Below, one piece after another: positions 40,335 through 50,815 of a stretch of DNA of 64,000 bases. The first letter of the stretch is position 1, and every line of letters starts with the position of its first letter. Position numbers and translations under genes: made by a program. Below the pieces are notes generated by a model. That model saw nothing but the letters and a program-made list of their open reading frames with translations. It ran no database searches and was not told the DNA's origin. Origin of the DNA: Polyangiaceae bacterium (GTDB taxonomy: Bacteria > Myxococcota_A > Polyangia > Polyangiales > Polyangiaceae); NCBI GenBank assembly GCA_965222375.1, contig CBDCTZ010000005.1:416001-480000 (forward strand). The letters run 5' to 3'.

Positions 40335-43217
40335 ATGACTGTTGTTGGAATCGACTTGGGGACGACAAATACGGTCGTTGGTCTGGTCCAAGACGGTCAG
40401 GCCACGGCGTTGCTCGATGACAAGAGCAAGCGTCTGCTGCCGTCCGTCGTCTCCTTCCATCCCAGCGGGAACGTACTCGTCGGCGCAGCCGCCAAAGAGC
40501 GCCGCCTGGTGGATGCCAAGAACACGATTTATTCTGTCAAGCGGCTGATCGGGCGCAGCTGGGACTCCGAGGAAGTTCGGCAAGCGCGCTCACGTTTCGC
40601 TTTCGAGATGCGCGAAGGGCCAGGCCAGGCCACCCTTGTCGTCGCCCGGGGTGAAACCTACACCCTGCCCGAAATCAGCGCGTTCGTGCTGCGCCGCGCC
40701 AAGGCCATCGCCGACGCTGCCACCAAAGGTAACGTCGAACGCGCCGTTATCACCGTACCGGCGAACTTCAACGACTTGCAGCGCGCCGCGACCAAGGTGG
40801 CCGGGCGTGTTGCAGGGATCGACGTGCTCCGGATCCTCAATGAGCCCACGGCGGCGGCTCTGGCCTACGGCTATGGCAAGAGCGCGAACGAGCGCATCGC
40901 CGTATACGACTTTGGTGGTGGCACCTTCGATGTAACGCTGCTGGATCTCTCCGAGAACGTGTTCGAGGTGCTCGCCACGGCCGGTGACACCTTCTTGGGC
41001 GGTGATGACATCGATGTGGCAATCGCCGATCGGATGGCGGAAGAGTTCCTAAGAGAGCATCGCTACGACCCTCGACAAGACCCGCAGGCCTTCGAGAAAC
41101 TGCGGGCTGCCGCCGAGACCCTCAAGATCCGACTGTCCACGGAGGGTGTTGCGACCATGGCGGTCAAAGAGGTCGCCCACGGGGTCAAAGGTCAAGCTCT
41201 GGACCTCACTTTCGGGATGACGCGCAGCGAGCTCGATGCGCTGGCGGTTCCCATGGTGGATAAGTCCTTCAATGTTTGTCAGGAAGCTCTGGAAATTGCT
41301 CGACTAAAGGCGGACGACTTCGACCAGATCCTGCTCGTCGGAGGTACCACTCGGATGCCGCTCGTTCGCGGCCGGGTCGAGGAGTTCTTCAAACGCCCGG
41401 TGCTCGGACACATCAGCCCGGATGAGGTCGTTGCGATCGGCGCGGCGATTCAAGCGGCGGCGCTCACCGGAAACGAACGACGGCGCGGTGAGATCCCTGC
41501 GCCACCCAAACCCGCCAAGCGCCCACGAAGCGTGCCACCAAAACGCGGGGCCACGTGGCCCCCGAACCGTCCGCGCCCAGAAGGTCTGCCCGAACCCAAC
41601 ACCCAGCCTTACGGTCCGCCTCGAGGTCGCATTCCGACAGCGCCAGGGCTCAACGCCGAGGCCGAAGAAGCGGCGGCTGCGCGTCGACCCGTCGTCGTTC
41701 CCTCCCCGGGCTCACCGGCAAGCGCTGCTCCCCACACAGCGGATCAGGGTGGCGGTCGAAAACGCGCCGTCACCGGTACGGGTCTCGGGCCCGCCCCGGA
41801 ACCACCTCCCGCCACGGTCGCCGGATTGGGACCCCGCGGTCGCATGCCCACCGGTCCGGGGCTCGGGCCGCCGGCCGAGCGCGCCAAGCGCTCCTCGGGG
41901 ATCCCCGCCGATACCCTCGCCAGTGCAGAAGAGGCCGCGAAGAAAGCCCGCCAGAGCCAGCCTCGAAGCAAGCTGCCCAGCATCGTCGACGCAGGCATGG
42001 AACTGCCCTTGGTGGAAAGTGGTCCGCCACCGGAGCTCACCCAGCCCCTCAATGCCGTCGAGGCCCCGGAAGACATCACGGCCCAAAGCCCTGACGTTTC
42101 CGCCAAAATTGCCCAGCAAGGCCGCCCCGCGCCGCGGCCCCCCGCTAGCACTCTGACGTCCGAAAACGAGCGGAAGTCGATCAACGAGCGCCAGACCGTC
42201 GAAGCCCCGGACTCCCCAGCTGGCGTCTACCATTTGGACGAAGACGATCTCGTCGACGACGGCTCGAACTTGATCGCACTTTCGAACGACACCGACCAGA
42301 TGCCCGCTTTCGACGCTCCTCTCTCTACGGAGGAGGTGACCGAGGTCGCTCGCGGCCGTCCCGAAGCCGGTCCCGAAGCCCAGCCCAAACGTCGTTCCGG
42401 CTCCGTCGTCGATGAAATGATGCTGCCGGTTCCGGAAGCACCTGACGAGGAGGAGACCACCACCAATAACGTGCAAGGCATTCCACCGGAAGCCTTCGGC
42501 AACACGCTGGGCCTGGGGTCGCCCGCTCCCGTGCCCCCGGCGGCACCCGCACCGCCTGCTCCTGCACCCGGCGGCGCCGGAATCGCGGCCGCGGCAGCCG
42601 CCGCGGTTGGGCACGTGCCCGGGATGTTCGACACGAACCAAGCGTCCCCGGGCGCGCCCAGCTCTCCGGCAACCGCCGCCATGGACATGCCGCCTTGGGC
42701 ACCACCAGAACCAGCGCCAGCGCCAAGAGCGCCAAAAGCGCCACCCTTCGTCCCGGCTCCTCAGGCGCCGGTCGTTGCAGACAAGCCGCCACCCGGCGCG
42801 CCGTTGCTGGTAGATGTCACTCCCCTTTCCCTGCTGCTGGAAACCGTCGGTGGCTACTGCGACCCCGTTATCGTTCGGAACACGCCGGTGCCTTGCGAAG
42901 AGACTCGCAACTTTGCGACGGCTTCGGACAACCAAACCAGCGTGCGCATTCGTGTGGCACAGGGGGAGTCGAATCACTTCGCGGAAAACGCGCTGCTCGG
43001 CGAAGTTGAGCTATCGGGGCTTGCGCCTGCGCCTCGGGGTGCCACGAGCATCGCCGTCACCTTCGTCCTCGACACGGACGGGCTGCTCAATGTGCGCGCG
43101 AGAGACATCGCATCCGGTCGTGAAGCCCACGCCGCGGTTCGCCTGATCGCGGTGCCGGGTGCCGGAGAGGTTTCGGGCATGGCGCAGCGCCACGCTCAGT
43201 ATAACGTAACAGGATGA
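40335..43217 (+). CDS. Atypical Hsp70 with ~440-aa low-complexity insertion and no lid
   Basis: [41 protein letters not shown]; after the insert [23 protein letters not shown]. Confidence 0.92.
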   Translation: MTVVGIDLGTTNTVVGLVQDGQATALLDDKSKRLLPSVVSFHPSGNVLVGAAAKERRLVDAKNTIYSVKRLIGRSWDSEEVRQARSRFAFEMREGPGQATLVVARGETYTLPEISAFVLRRAKAIADAATKGNVERAVITVPANFNDLQRAATKVAGRVAGIDVLRILNEPTAAALAYGYGKSANERIAVYDFGGGTFDVTLLDLSENVFEVLATAGDTFLGGDDIDVAIADRMAEEFLREHRYDPRQDPQAFEKLRAAAETLKIRLSTEGVATMAVKEVAHGVKGQALDLTFGMTRSELDALAVPMVDKSFNVCQEALEIARLKADDFDQILLVGGTTRMPLVRGRVEEFFKRPVLGHISPDEVVAIGAAIQAAALTGNERRRGEIPAPPKPAKRPRSVPPKRGATWPPNRPRPEGLPEPNTQPYGPPRGRIPTAPGLNAEAEEAAAARRPVVVPSPGSPASAAPHTADQGGGRKRAVTGTGLGPAPEPPPATVAGLGPRGRMPTGPGLGPPAERAKRSSGIPADTLASAEEAAKKARQSQPRSKLPSIVDAGMELPLVESGPPPELTQPLNAVEAPEDITAQSPDVSAKIAQQGRPAPRPPASTLTSENERKSINERQTVEAPDSPAGVYHLDEDDLVDDGSNLIALSNDTDQMPAFDAPLSTEEVTEVARGRPEAGPEAQPKRRSGSVVDEMMLPVPEAPDEEETTTNNVQGIPPEAFGNTLGLGSPAPVPPAAPAPPAPAPGGAGIAAAAAAAVGHVPGMFDTNQASPGAPSSPATAAMDMPPWAPPEPAPAPRAPKAPPFVPAPQAPVVADKPPPGAPLLVDVTPLSLLLETVGGYCDPVIVRNTPVPCEETRNFATASDNQTSVRIRVAQGESNHFAENALLGEVELSGLAPAPRGATSIAVTFVLDTDGLLNVRARDIASGREAHAAVRLIAVPGAGEVSGMAQRHAQYNVTG

Positions 43218-43753
43218 GCGCTCCCGCGGACGCAGCCCGAATCGCCCAATGGGACGAAGTCCTAGACGACGCGAACTACTACGAGATTCTGGGCGTGCTT
43301 CCGATCGCTTCTCAGGAGAGCATTCGCGACGCTTACCGGGAGTTCGCCCTAGCCTTTCACCCGGACCTACACGCCGAGGCAAACGTCGAAGTGCGCTCCA
43401 AAGTCCAGCGCATTTTCCGCCGCGGAGCAGAGGCCTATCGCGTACTGTCGGATGGGGACTTGCGCCTGCGCTACGACATGGGGGTCGAAGCAGGCCAACT
43501 CCGCTTGGAAATGTCCAAACTCCCGAACCGCTCGCCGTCCTTGGCTCCAGGGACCACCCGCTCACTGCCGGAGATCTGCAAAACCGCCGCTGCCAAGGTG
43601 AGCGCCAAGAAGGCCGCCCGTGCCATCGACGAAGGCGACCTGGCCACGGCGCGGGAAGAACTCAAGAACGCCCTCGGCTACGACGGCGTGAACCCCGACC
43701 TACAAGAACGTATCGAGGCCCTCGACATCGCCCTGTTCGCAACCGGCGGCTGA
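43214..43753 (+). CDS. J-domain co-chaperone with helical (TPR-like) C-terminus
   Basis: ATGA overlap; [26 protein letters not shown]. Confidence 0.88.
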   Translation: MSAPADAARIAQWDEVLDDANYYEILGVLPIASQESIRDAYREFALAFHPDLHAEANVEVRSKVQRIFRRGAEAYRVLSDGDLRLRYDMGVEAGQLRLEMSKLPNRSPSLAPGTTRSLPEICKTAAAKVSAKKAARAIDEGDLATAREELKNALGYDGVNPDLQERIEALDIALFATGG

Positions 43754-43761
43754 ACGGGCAC

Positions 43762-43800
43762 CAAAAACAAGCAACGCCGGCCCCGAGTGGAGCCGGCGTC
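43762..43800 (-). terminator. Rho-independent terminator for the PEGA gene
   Basis: Minus strand GACGCCGGCTCC-actc-GGGGCCGGCGTT (with GU pairs) followed by GCTTGTTTTTG. Confidence 0.7.
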
Positions 43801-43825
43801 GACAACAGCAGCGCGCGTGCTGGAA

Positions 43826-45403
43826 CTAGAAGCGCACGCCCACGGTCGAGGTGCCACCTGCCTTCACATTAGCGCCCGCAACCTTGCGTCCCTTCTCGGG
43901 GTGAACGAACACGACGGTGTGGTTGCCTGGGCTGACCGACACACCCATCACCGGAGTCATGCCCATGGGACGCCCATCGAGAACGACATTGGCACGCGGG
44001 ATGGAGTTGATGTTGAGGGTGCCCATGGTAGCGGCGGGCTTATCCTGACCCGTGGCCTTGCCGGCCTCGGCGGACTTCGCCCTGCTGCTGGCCTTCTGGG
44101 TGGTCTTCGCAGCGCTGGCAGTCTTGGCGGCTGCAGCCGACTTGTCAGCCTTCTTGGTGCTTGCGACCTTGGATTCCTCCTTGGTGGTGGGCTCCTGGTC
44201 GGCTTTGTCAGCCTTCGCGGCAGGCGCGTCGGCCTTGGTTGCGGTTGCCGTGAGCTGGATGTGTAGCGCGGACTCTCCACCCGCCTCCACACTCACCGCG
44301 CGAGCGGCCGTGGACTCGTAGCCGGGGGCCGTTGCCGTCACCAATCGCGTGCCGGGCTTGACGTCGTCAATGCGACAGGGCGATGCGGTGCAACGTTCTT
44401 CGCCATCGACGAGAACCCGCAAGCCGCTGATAGCCTTACCCCCCGCGCCACCTGCGGTGACCACGACACTGCCTGTGGAGCCGCCGCCGAAGCCCAGGCT
44501 TGATCCCTTGGCTGCAGCGAAACCAACTCCCGCGCCGCCAATCAAAACGACGCCAGCGGCCGCGGCCAAGAGCCAGGGCAACACACCACCGCGCTTGCGA
44601 GCAGGAGGCGGAGCTAGGGACTCAGCAACCGGGGGGATGCTGGAGAGACGACTCGAGTCGATGCTCGGCGCTGCGGTTGCCACTGGCGCAGCGGCGGGAG
44701 CCATTGCAGGAGCGGGAGCGGGAGGTGCAACGGAACTTCCCGTACGCAACAGCCCGGTGGGCACGCGAGCGCTTGTGGGCGGAGCCGAGGGCTTGCGAGA
44801 CGGCGCCGGAACCGACTTCGGCACCGAGGCCGCGGGCTTGGATGTGGGAGGCTTCGGCAATGGTGGAAGCGGCGCGCTCTTGAGAGGTGCGCTCTTCGGA
44901 GACGACGAGGGCCGCGCGGAAGCCACCGGCGGAGAGACGCGCTGGGAGCGCGGTCCCGGACGCGACGTCGGCGGGGGGTTCACGACCGAAGACGGAAGCG
45001 CGACAGTCGGCCCGTCATCCAGCTCCGCGTCGTACTTGGGCAGAATTGCCCGACCACTCTTGAGGGTGCTTCCCAGAGCGTCGAGGGGGGACGCCTCGGC
45101 GGCGGGGGCATCATCTTCGATCAGTTCGGCGTCCGCGACGATCTCCGAGTCGTCACTCATTTGACGAAGGTCGACGGTCTTGGCTTCGTCCTCTTCGATC
45201 ACATCCGCAGCCTCGATGGTCTCTGGCTCCACCGCCTTGGGCTTGCGCATGCTGGGAGGCAGCGGCAGTCCGGATACACGAGCCAGCGGTTTCGGCAGCG
45301 ACGCGGGTGCACGCTTTGACGCGGGCGCCGGTTTGGTCGCGAGCTCCGGAAACAGCTCGTTCTCCGGCTTGGAATTCGAGGGCGAAGATTGGACGTCGAA
45401 CAT
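43826..45403 (-). CDS. Membrane protein with Pro-rich cytoplasmic region and PEGA domains
   Basis: GGGGAG RBS; TM VLPWLLAAAAGVVLIGG; GTLNINSIPRANVVLDGRPMGMTP...PGNHTVVFVHP. Confidence 0.85.
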   Translation of the reverse strand: MFDVQSSPSNSKPENELFPELATKPAPASKRAPASLPKPLARVSGLPLPPSMRKPKAVEPETIEAADVIEEDEAKTVDLRQMSDDSEIVADAELIEDDAPAAEASPLDALGSTLKSGRAILPKYDAELDDGPTVALPSSVVNPPPTSRPGPRSQRVSPPVASARPSSSPKSAPLKSAPLPPLPKPPTSKPAASVPKSVPAPSRKPSAPPTSARVPTGLLRTGSSVAPPAPAPAMAPAAAPVATAAPSIDSSRLSSIPPVAESLAPPPARKRGGVLPWLLAAAAGVVLIGGAGVGFAAAKGSSLGFGGGSTGSVVVTAGGAGGKAISGLRVLVDGEERCTASPCRIDDVKPGTRLVTATAPGYESTAARAVSVEAGGESALHIQLTATATKADAPAAKADKADQEPTTKEESKVASTKKADKSAAAAKTASAAKTTQKASSRAKSAEAGKATGQDKPAATMGTLNINSIPRANVVLDGRPMGMTPVMGVSVSPGNHTVVFVHPEKGRKVAGANVKAGGTSTVGVRF

Positions 45404-45779
45404 ATGGGCTCCCCTTTCCACCCGGCCGGCTGTCCGGTTCGGGACGCGGCAATTTATCTGAAAATCGACTCCATGCACGCCGGAATCCAACAGTCAGGCG
45501 AAAATAATTCGGAAAAATTACGACAGCACCGAAGTTTTCCATTAGAGGTGCATTTTCGAGGCCGCGGCCGAGATCTCGAAGTGACCGCGCTCTCGGTCAC
45601 TGCTCGGGTTCCTGTTTGGTTTTGGGTCGCGTGGTTGCGACGTGACCCGCGCATCCCGTGGGCGCACTGGACGATCCACGCACCAGACGCGTGCACCCCG
45701 GTCGTAAACTGTGGCGACCCCAACATGTGAACCCCAGCTGCATGCCTCCCGCCACGCCAAACCGCGGCATTGTCGGCCC

Positions 45780-45891
45780 CGGTGCCAACGAGTGGCGCGT
45801 TTCGCTTGCCCAGCACGACTCGCCTTGCTCGGTGCCAGCGAGTGGCGCGTTCCACTCGCCCCAGCACGACTCGATTGTCCACGCCTTGCTC
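45780..45891. repeat. Imperfect ~50-bp direct repeat (2 copies) in a long intergenic region
   Basis: CGGTGCCA(A/G)CGAGTGGCGCGTT...CCCAGCACGACTCG at 45780 and 45830; CGCCTTGCTC recurs after each copy. Confidence 0.85.
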
Positions 45892-46783
45892 ATCGCCAAC
45901 CGTGCGCTTGGCATCCTCACTCGTCTACCAAGCATCGCGCGACAGGTCGGTGCTCTCGCCAGACGACGCGCAGCTTCAACGATGACAGCCGGTGCGTCGA
46001 ACCAACGCGGAAGCTGAGCGGCTACATTGTCTGCCGCGCGGCAGAGCGATCCCCCTTTGATGCGCATCCCGGCATCCAACTTCGCGGAAGCACATTTCTC
46101 ACGTCACAGCATCAGGTCCGCCGATGTCCGTAGGCGCGCCCCCCTATTTGAAGCGACTGGGAAAGCTTCAGCGTCGTCCACCAAGCGGTGCCTTCAACGC
46201 GCGTGTAGAATTCAACATCGGCACTCAGCAACGCGACACGAGCACGGTACTGCGTCGCAGGGGCGGCTGGAACGCGGGCGTTGGACAGCTGACCCAGGGC
46301 GCCATGTCACGCGCTCAAACGCAGCACGGAGCGCTCGGTCACATCCGCTGGGCTATGGGGACGCGGCAATCAACGCGTACGTTTTCGGCGGCGGGACCGG
46401 ACTGGTGCATCTCGCTCCGTCCCGCGGCACGGCAACGCGCAGGCAAGCCGGATTCGAGGAAGGTCCGAGATTTCGTGCGTCCGGATCGAGCCGCCGGAAG
46501 CGCCCTTGGGGGGCGAAACCGTTGGGGACCCGGCATCCTGCCGGAGCGGGGTCGCTACAGTGGCCGCGGCGCCCAAGGTTCTCGAAATCGGGTTGTTTTT
46601 CTATAGTGCCGCCAGGTTCAGCGAAGGGTTTTCCCCCTGGCGGTCCTGGTGCTACAAAAGCGCTTCGGTCGAGGGTTCAGACCGAAATTCGAGCCAAGGC
46701 GTATCTCTTGATAATATATGCAGAAACCCACCCATGATTGTCTGAGCGAAAACCGTGCTCCGACCCTCTAGGAAGGCCCAAAA

Positions 46784-48244
46784 GTGAAGATTTCGTGCCC
46801 CTCGTGTGCGGCAAAGTACTCCATCGCTGACGACAAGGTTGAAAACCGCCTCGCCAAGATCCGGTGCCGTAAGTGCAGCACCACCATCGTCATCGACGGC
46901 AAGGTCAGCCCGGCGAACGTGTACGCAGCCGACGCCTCTGGTACCGCGGCCGAGCAGCCGTCGGCGGCAGCGGCAAGCGTGCCCGAAGCGGCCGCGCCTC
47001 CAGCCGCCGAAGCGCCAGCTGCCGCGGCTCCTGCCGGCCCCGGGCGCGAGTACTCGGTGGATTTCGGCGACAACGACCAACGCACGATGCAGTTGGCGAA
47101 CTTGATCACGGCGTACAATGCCGGCGAGGTCACGGCAGACACATACGTCTGGGCAGACGGAATGGCCGACTGGACGGCACTTGGGGAAGTACCTGAAGTT
47201 GTAGAAGCACTGCATGCGGCTTCGGGCCCCTCGGCTTCGGCTCCGCCTCCGGAAGCCGCGGCGGCTGCGGCGCCTGCGCCGGAGCCCGCGCCCCAAGAAC
47301 CTGCCCCCTCCCCCTTCGGTGGTGGCGCTCCAGACTTTGGCGCCGGCGCTGCCCCTGCTGCAGCGCCGTGGGATCAAGGCGTAGCCGCAGCGGCGGAGGC
47401 GCCTCGTGCGGCAACTGCACCCGGCGGTGGCCGAGGGGCAACGAACGATCTGTTTGGCGGTTTTGCTCAGGCGGGGGGCGAGAGCGATGTCGCCACCAGC
47501 GCGCCGGCCCCGGCACTCGGTGGCGATCCGGCTGGCGAACCCGGGGATCCGGCAACTGGAGCGCGCAACGAATCTTCCGTGCTGTTTTCACTCAGCGCGC
47601 TGACGGCCGCGAAGGACGCGTCGCCATCGGTCCAGAGTTCGAGCACGCCCAGCACCCGAGAGGACTCGGGGCTGATCGATCTCAAAGCCCTCACCTCACA
47701 AGCCGACACTGCTGCGCCCGCTGCCGAGCCCATCGCAGCGCCAGCACCCTTGGGGCTTGCCCCCCCTCTCGGCTCAGCGCCATTGGGTGGCGGCGGCGCC
47801 GCGTCAGCGCAGCTGTCCGTCGCGCCGCCCCAGAAGAAGAGCAAGATGGGGCTCTTCATTGGTGCTGGGATCGCTTTTGGCGCCCTCATCATCGCCGTGG
47901 CCATCATCGTGTCGTCTTCGAAACCCGAGCCGCCGCCGGCGCCTACAGCTGCGGCAACGCCCGCACCCACGCCGACCCCCGCGCCTACTCCGACACCGGA
48001 AGCGACGGTCGCCGCCAAGCCCCCCGCAACCGGTACGGCGGAAGGTGCCGAGGGCGACAAGCCCGCTGCAGCGCCGAAGCCCAAGCCACGCTCTGGCGGC
48101 TACAAGAGGCCCACGAGCGGCGCCAAGCCGACCCCGGGCCCCGCTCCCGCGGCGAAGCCCAAGCCCAAGCCCAAGCCCAAGAACCCCTGCGGTTGCGCTC
48201 CTGGGGATCTGCAGTGCGCCATGCGCTGCGCCGCTGGCGGCTGA
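46784..48244 (+). CDS. Zinc-ribbon + GYF_2-like membrane protein (GltJ/AgmX-like N-terminus)
   Basis: CPSCAAKY...IRCRKC, TYVWADGMADW, TM, Pro-rich region, terminal CGCAPGDLQCAMRC. Confidence 0.78.
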   Translation: MKISCPSCAAKYSIADDKVENRLAKIRCRKCSTTIVIDGKVSPANVYAADASGTAAEQPSAAAASVPEAAAPPAAEAPAAAAPAGPGREYSVDFGDNDQRTMQLANLITAYNAGEVTADTYVWADGMADWTALGEVPEVVEALHAASGPSASAPPPEAAAAAAPAPEPAPQEPAPSPFGGGAPDFGAGAAPAAAPWDQGVAAAAEAPRAATAPGGGRGATNDLFGGFAQAGGESDVATSAPAPALGGDPAGEPGDPATGARNESSVLFSLSALTAAKDASPSVQSSSTPSTREDSGLIDLKALTSQADTAAPAAEPIAAPAPLGLAPPLGSAPLGGGGAASAQLSVAPPQKKSKMGLFIGAGIAFGALIIAVAIIVSSSKPEPPPAPTAAATPAPTPTPAPTPTPEATVAAKPPATGTAEGAEGDKPAAAPKPKPRSGGYKRPTSGAKPTPGPAPAAKPKPKPKPKNPCGCAPGDLQCAMRCAAGG

Positions 48245-48287
48245 GCGGCACGCGGGCCTAGCCGCCCAGATTCGCGATGGCTGCGTG

Positions 48288-50735
48288 CTACCGCAGCAGC
48301 TCGTCAACAGACCCGAGGGACACGGCGCCGCGAGGCGCACGCAGCTCGAGCACCTGACCACGACGGTCGGCACGCCCGAGTCGCACGGTACCGTCGGCGA
48401 GATTCAAAGCGTACGCCGCCCGAGGGGCGGGAGCGGATTGGCCCATCGGGATGACGTACACGCCGATCGGCTCAGAGGTCGTTGGCAAGGCATCGCGGGC
48501 GGCAACGCACTCTACGGCGACCCTGCTGGAGACCTCTTCCGCGGCGCAATGGGACAGAGCGCGCTTGTCACGACCGGCCGCCTTGCCCTTCACGTGGACC
48601 AGCAACCGAGCTGCAGCGCCACGAACGGCTTCGGAAGCGTCAGTGGCGAGCAAGCGTCGCTCCGGGTCACCACAGCGTTGCGCCGCGACACGTAGCCCCG
48701 CCAGGGCCCCAGCGCGCACCGCGCTGCGAGGCGAGTCCAAGCCCTTGCACAACGCCTTGCGCACGGCAGCCGCATTGCCGCCGCGCTGAGAGATCCGGCC
48801 AAGTGCGGTGGCGGCGTTGCCTGCAGCCGCGGAGTCCTTGTCCCGCAGCGCTTTGATCAGGCGCGGCACGTCTTGGCCGCTCCCCACCCAGCCAAGGGAC
48901 CAGTAAGCGTTGGCACGTACAGCACCGTCGGCATCGGCAGCCAGCTTGGCCAGAAGCGGGCGAGCATCTTTGCGCGCCGTCACTGCCTCGGCGATCTTGG
49001 CGCGATCCGCCGAGTCGACGCTTTTGTTCGTCAGTTCCTGCAAGTGCCGCAGCGCAGCTGGGTCAGGGTGGCGCGCCAGCGCCTCAATCAAAGCGTCGCG
49101 CTGCCCGCCGCGACTGGACGCGAGCAAGCGCGCGGCGCGGGCGACATCGGCAGGCGCCTTGGAGCGAGAGAGGGCGCCGGAAAGCGCCAGGGATAGTGCG
49201 ACCCTGTCTTGCTCCGCAGCCCGTTCGAGGCGGTCCAGAAGCGCCCGCGCCGTACCGCCGCTACCCGAGCGCCACAAAGCAATTGCCGCTGCGGTGCGCA
49301 CGCTCCCCTCCTCTGCTTCGAGGGCCAAGAGCAGCGCACGGTCGGCGCCCGCACCTCCGGTGTGGCCGAGAGCCTCAATGGCCGCGACGCGCACTGCAAG
49401 CAAATCCGAATTCTCGGCCAAGGGAACCAAAACGCTAGCCCCGCGTGGCGAACCGGTTCGGCCCATCAACTGAAGCAACGCAACGAACTCACTCTTACCG
49501 GCTTTGGACCGCGCCAGAGCGCGGGTGATCGGTCCCACCGCGCGCCCATCTGGTTTGGATGGATCGAGCAGCTGCGCGCTGGCGGCGACCGCGACCCGGC
49601 GCACGGAGACATCTTTCGCCTCCAAGTACTCCAGCACCGCTGGGAGGTGTGCCGGTTGTTTCAACTTGCCCAAGGATCGGAGCCCGGCCACGGGCGAAAT
49701 CGCACCGCGGCGCAGTGCGTCCCGAACGACTTTGGCCGCAGCCGCTTCGCCAACGTCACCCAAGGCCATCGCGCAGCCATCTGCGATGCGCTGATTGGTT
49801 TCGCTCTTCACGCAGCTCTGCAGCCGAGGCGCCGCTTTCCTTCCTGCGGAGACCAACGCCTTCATGGCCGCCTTGTCCCGAGCCAGAGCGGCCACCACTC
49901 GGTCCAAAGCGCGATCCGTACCAAGGCGCGCCAGGCTACCGAGGGCCGCGGCGCGCACCGCGGCTGGCGGGTCGTCGGAGGCCGCGACGTTTTCGATGGC
50001 GAGCGCCGACTGGGGATCCGAGAGCCGACCCAGGGCCTCGAGGGCCGCGATGCGGACGGCATCGTCGCCATCCCGGAGCGCGAGCACGAGGGCACTGGCA
50101 GCGCGGCTATCGCCCAACTCACCCAGGGCAAAGGCGACAGCGCGCCTGACTTCCGGACGCCCGTCTTGGATCTTGCCGATCAAGGGAACCACAGCGCGCG
50201 GATCCGCAAGCCGGGCTAGCGCCAGCACCACGTCCCGACGGACATGAGGCGCCGTGTCATCCAAGTGGCCCAACAACGGTAGCGCCGCCTGTTTGCGGCC
50301 ACTGGCACCCAGAGCCCGCGCCGCCAAACCTCGCACGACGGGATCAGGATCCGCAAGGGCGCGCCCAAGAGCCGTGATGGCCCGCGGGTTCGGGCTCCAG
50401 GACAGCAGCTCCGCCGCGGCGACCCGCATACGTTGATCGGAATCACTGAGCCATGGAATGACCCGCGTACTGGCGCGCCGCTCGCCCAAGTGGCGCGCGG
50501 CAGCCTGTGCGGCGAGTCGCACTTCGATATCTGGATCGTCCATGGCCGCTAGAGCGAGGCGTCGACCCACTGTTGGCGACAGCCCCGCAATCCGTTGCGC
50601 GGCTCGTCGGCGTTGCCCCACGTCGTCGCTCTTGAGCTGACGTTCCACGCGGTCCACCGCGTTCGGCCAAATGGATGCCCCGGCCGGTGTCGCCAGGGCC
50701 GAAACCATGACCAGGGCGGAAAGGTAGCGGCGCAC
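48288..50735 (-). CDS. Secreted HEAT-repeat protein
   Basis: Signal peptide ending AGA; many LxDxDxxVRxxAAxALG repeats. Confidence 0.85.
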   Translation of the reverse strand: MRRYLSALVMVSALATPAGASIWPNAVDRVERQLKSDDVGQRRRAAQRIAGLSPTVGRRLALAAMDDPDIEVRLAAQAAARHLGERRASTRVIPWLSDSDQRMRVAAAELLSWSPNPRAITALGRALADPDPVVRGLAARALGASGRKQAALPLLGHLDDTAPHVRRDVVLALARLADPRAVVPLIGKIQDGRPEVRRAVAFALGELGDSRAASALVLALRDGDDAVRIAALEALGRLSDPQSALAIENVAASDDPPAAVRAAALGSLARLGTDRALDRVVAALARDKAAMKALVSAGRKAAPRLQSCVKSETNQRIADGCAMALGDVGEAAAAKVVRDALRRGAISPVAGLRSLGKLKQPAHLPAVLEYLEAKDVSVRRVAVAASAQLLDPSKPDGRAVGPITRALARSKAGKSEFVALLQLMGRTGSPRGASVLVPLAENSDLLAVRVAAIEALGHTGGAGADRALLLALEAEEGSVRTAAAIALWRSGSGGTARALLDRLERAAEQDRVALSLALSGALSRSKAPADVARAARLLASSRGGQRDALIEALARHPDPAALRHLQELTNKSVDSADRAKIAEAVTARKDARPLLAKLAADADGAVRANAYWSLGWVGSGQDVPRLIKALRDKDSAAAGNAATALGRISQRGGNAAAVRKALCKGLDSPRSAVRAGALAGLRVAAQRCGDPERRLLATDASEAVRGAAARLLVHVKGKAAGRDKRALSHCAAEEVSSRVAVECVAARDALPTTSEPIGVYVIPMGQSAPAPRAAYALNLADGTVRLGRADRRGQVLELRAPRGAVSLGSVDELLR

Positions 50736-50815
50736 GGGACGCAGATTAGTGGCGCGCGGCGACAGTTCCAATCGTTATTCGCCCGCTCGCAGCGCCGGGT
50801 CCGGCAGGCCCGAGC

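Noticed and set aside
39697..40338. 213-aa ORF coupled to the fmt stop
   Set aside because: Arg/Pro-rich off-frame sequence; the overlapping HExxH frame is the credible gene.
41712..42977. 421-aa minus ORF inside Hsp70 (possible inserted gene)
   Set aside because: Shadow frame of the low-complexity insert; no intein, transposase or other motifs seen.
45474..45489. Sigma54 promoter for the PEGA gene (TGGATTCCGGCGTGCA, minus strand)
   Set aside because: Only the GG-N10-GC core matches, which is too common in GC-rich DNA.
45780..45891. Direct repeat as mini-CRISPR or IS end
   Set aside because: Only two adjacent imperfect copies, no unique spacer, no transposase.
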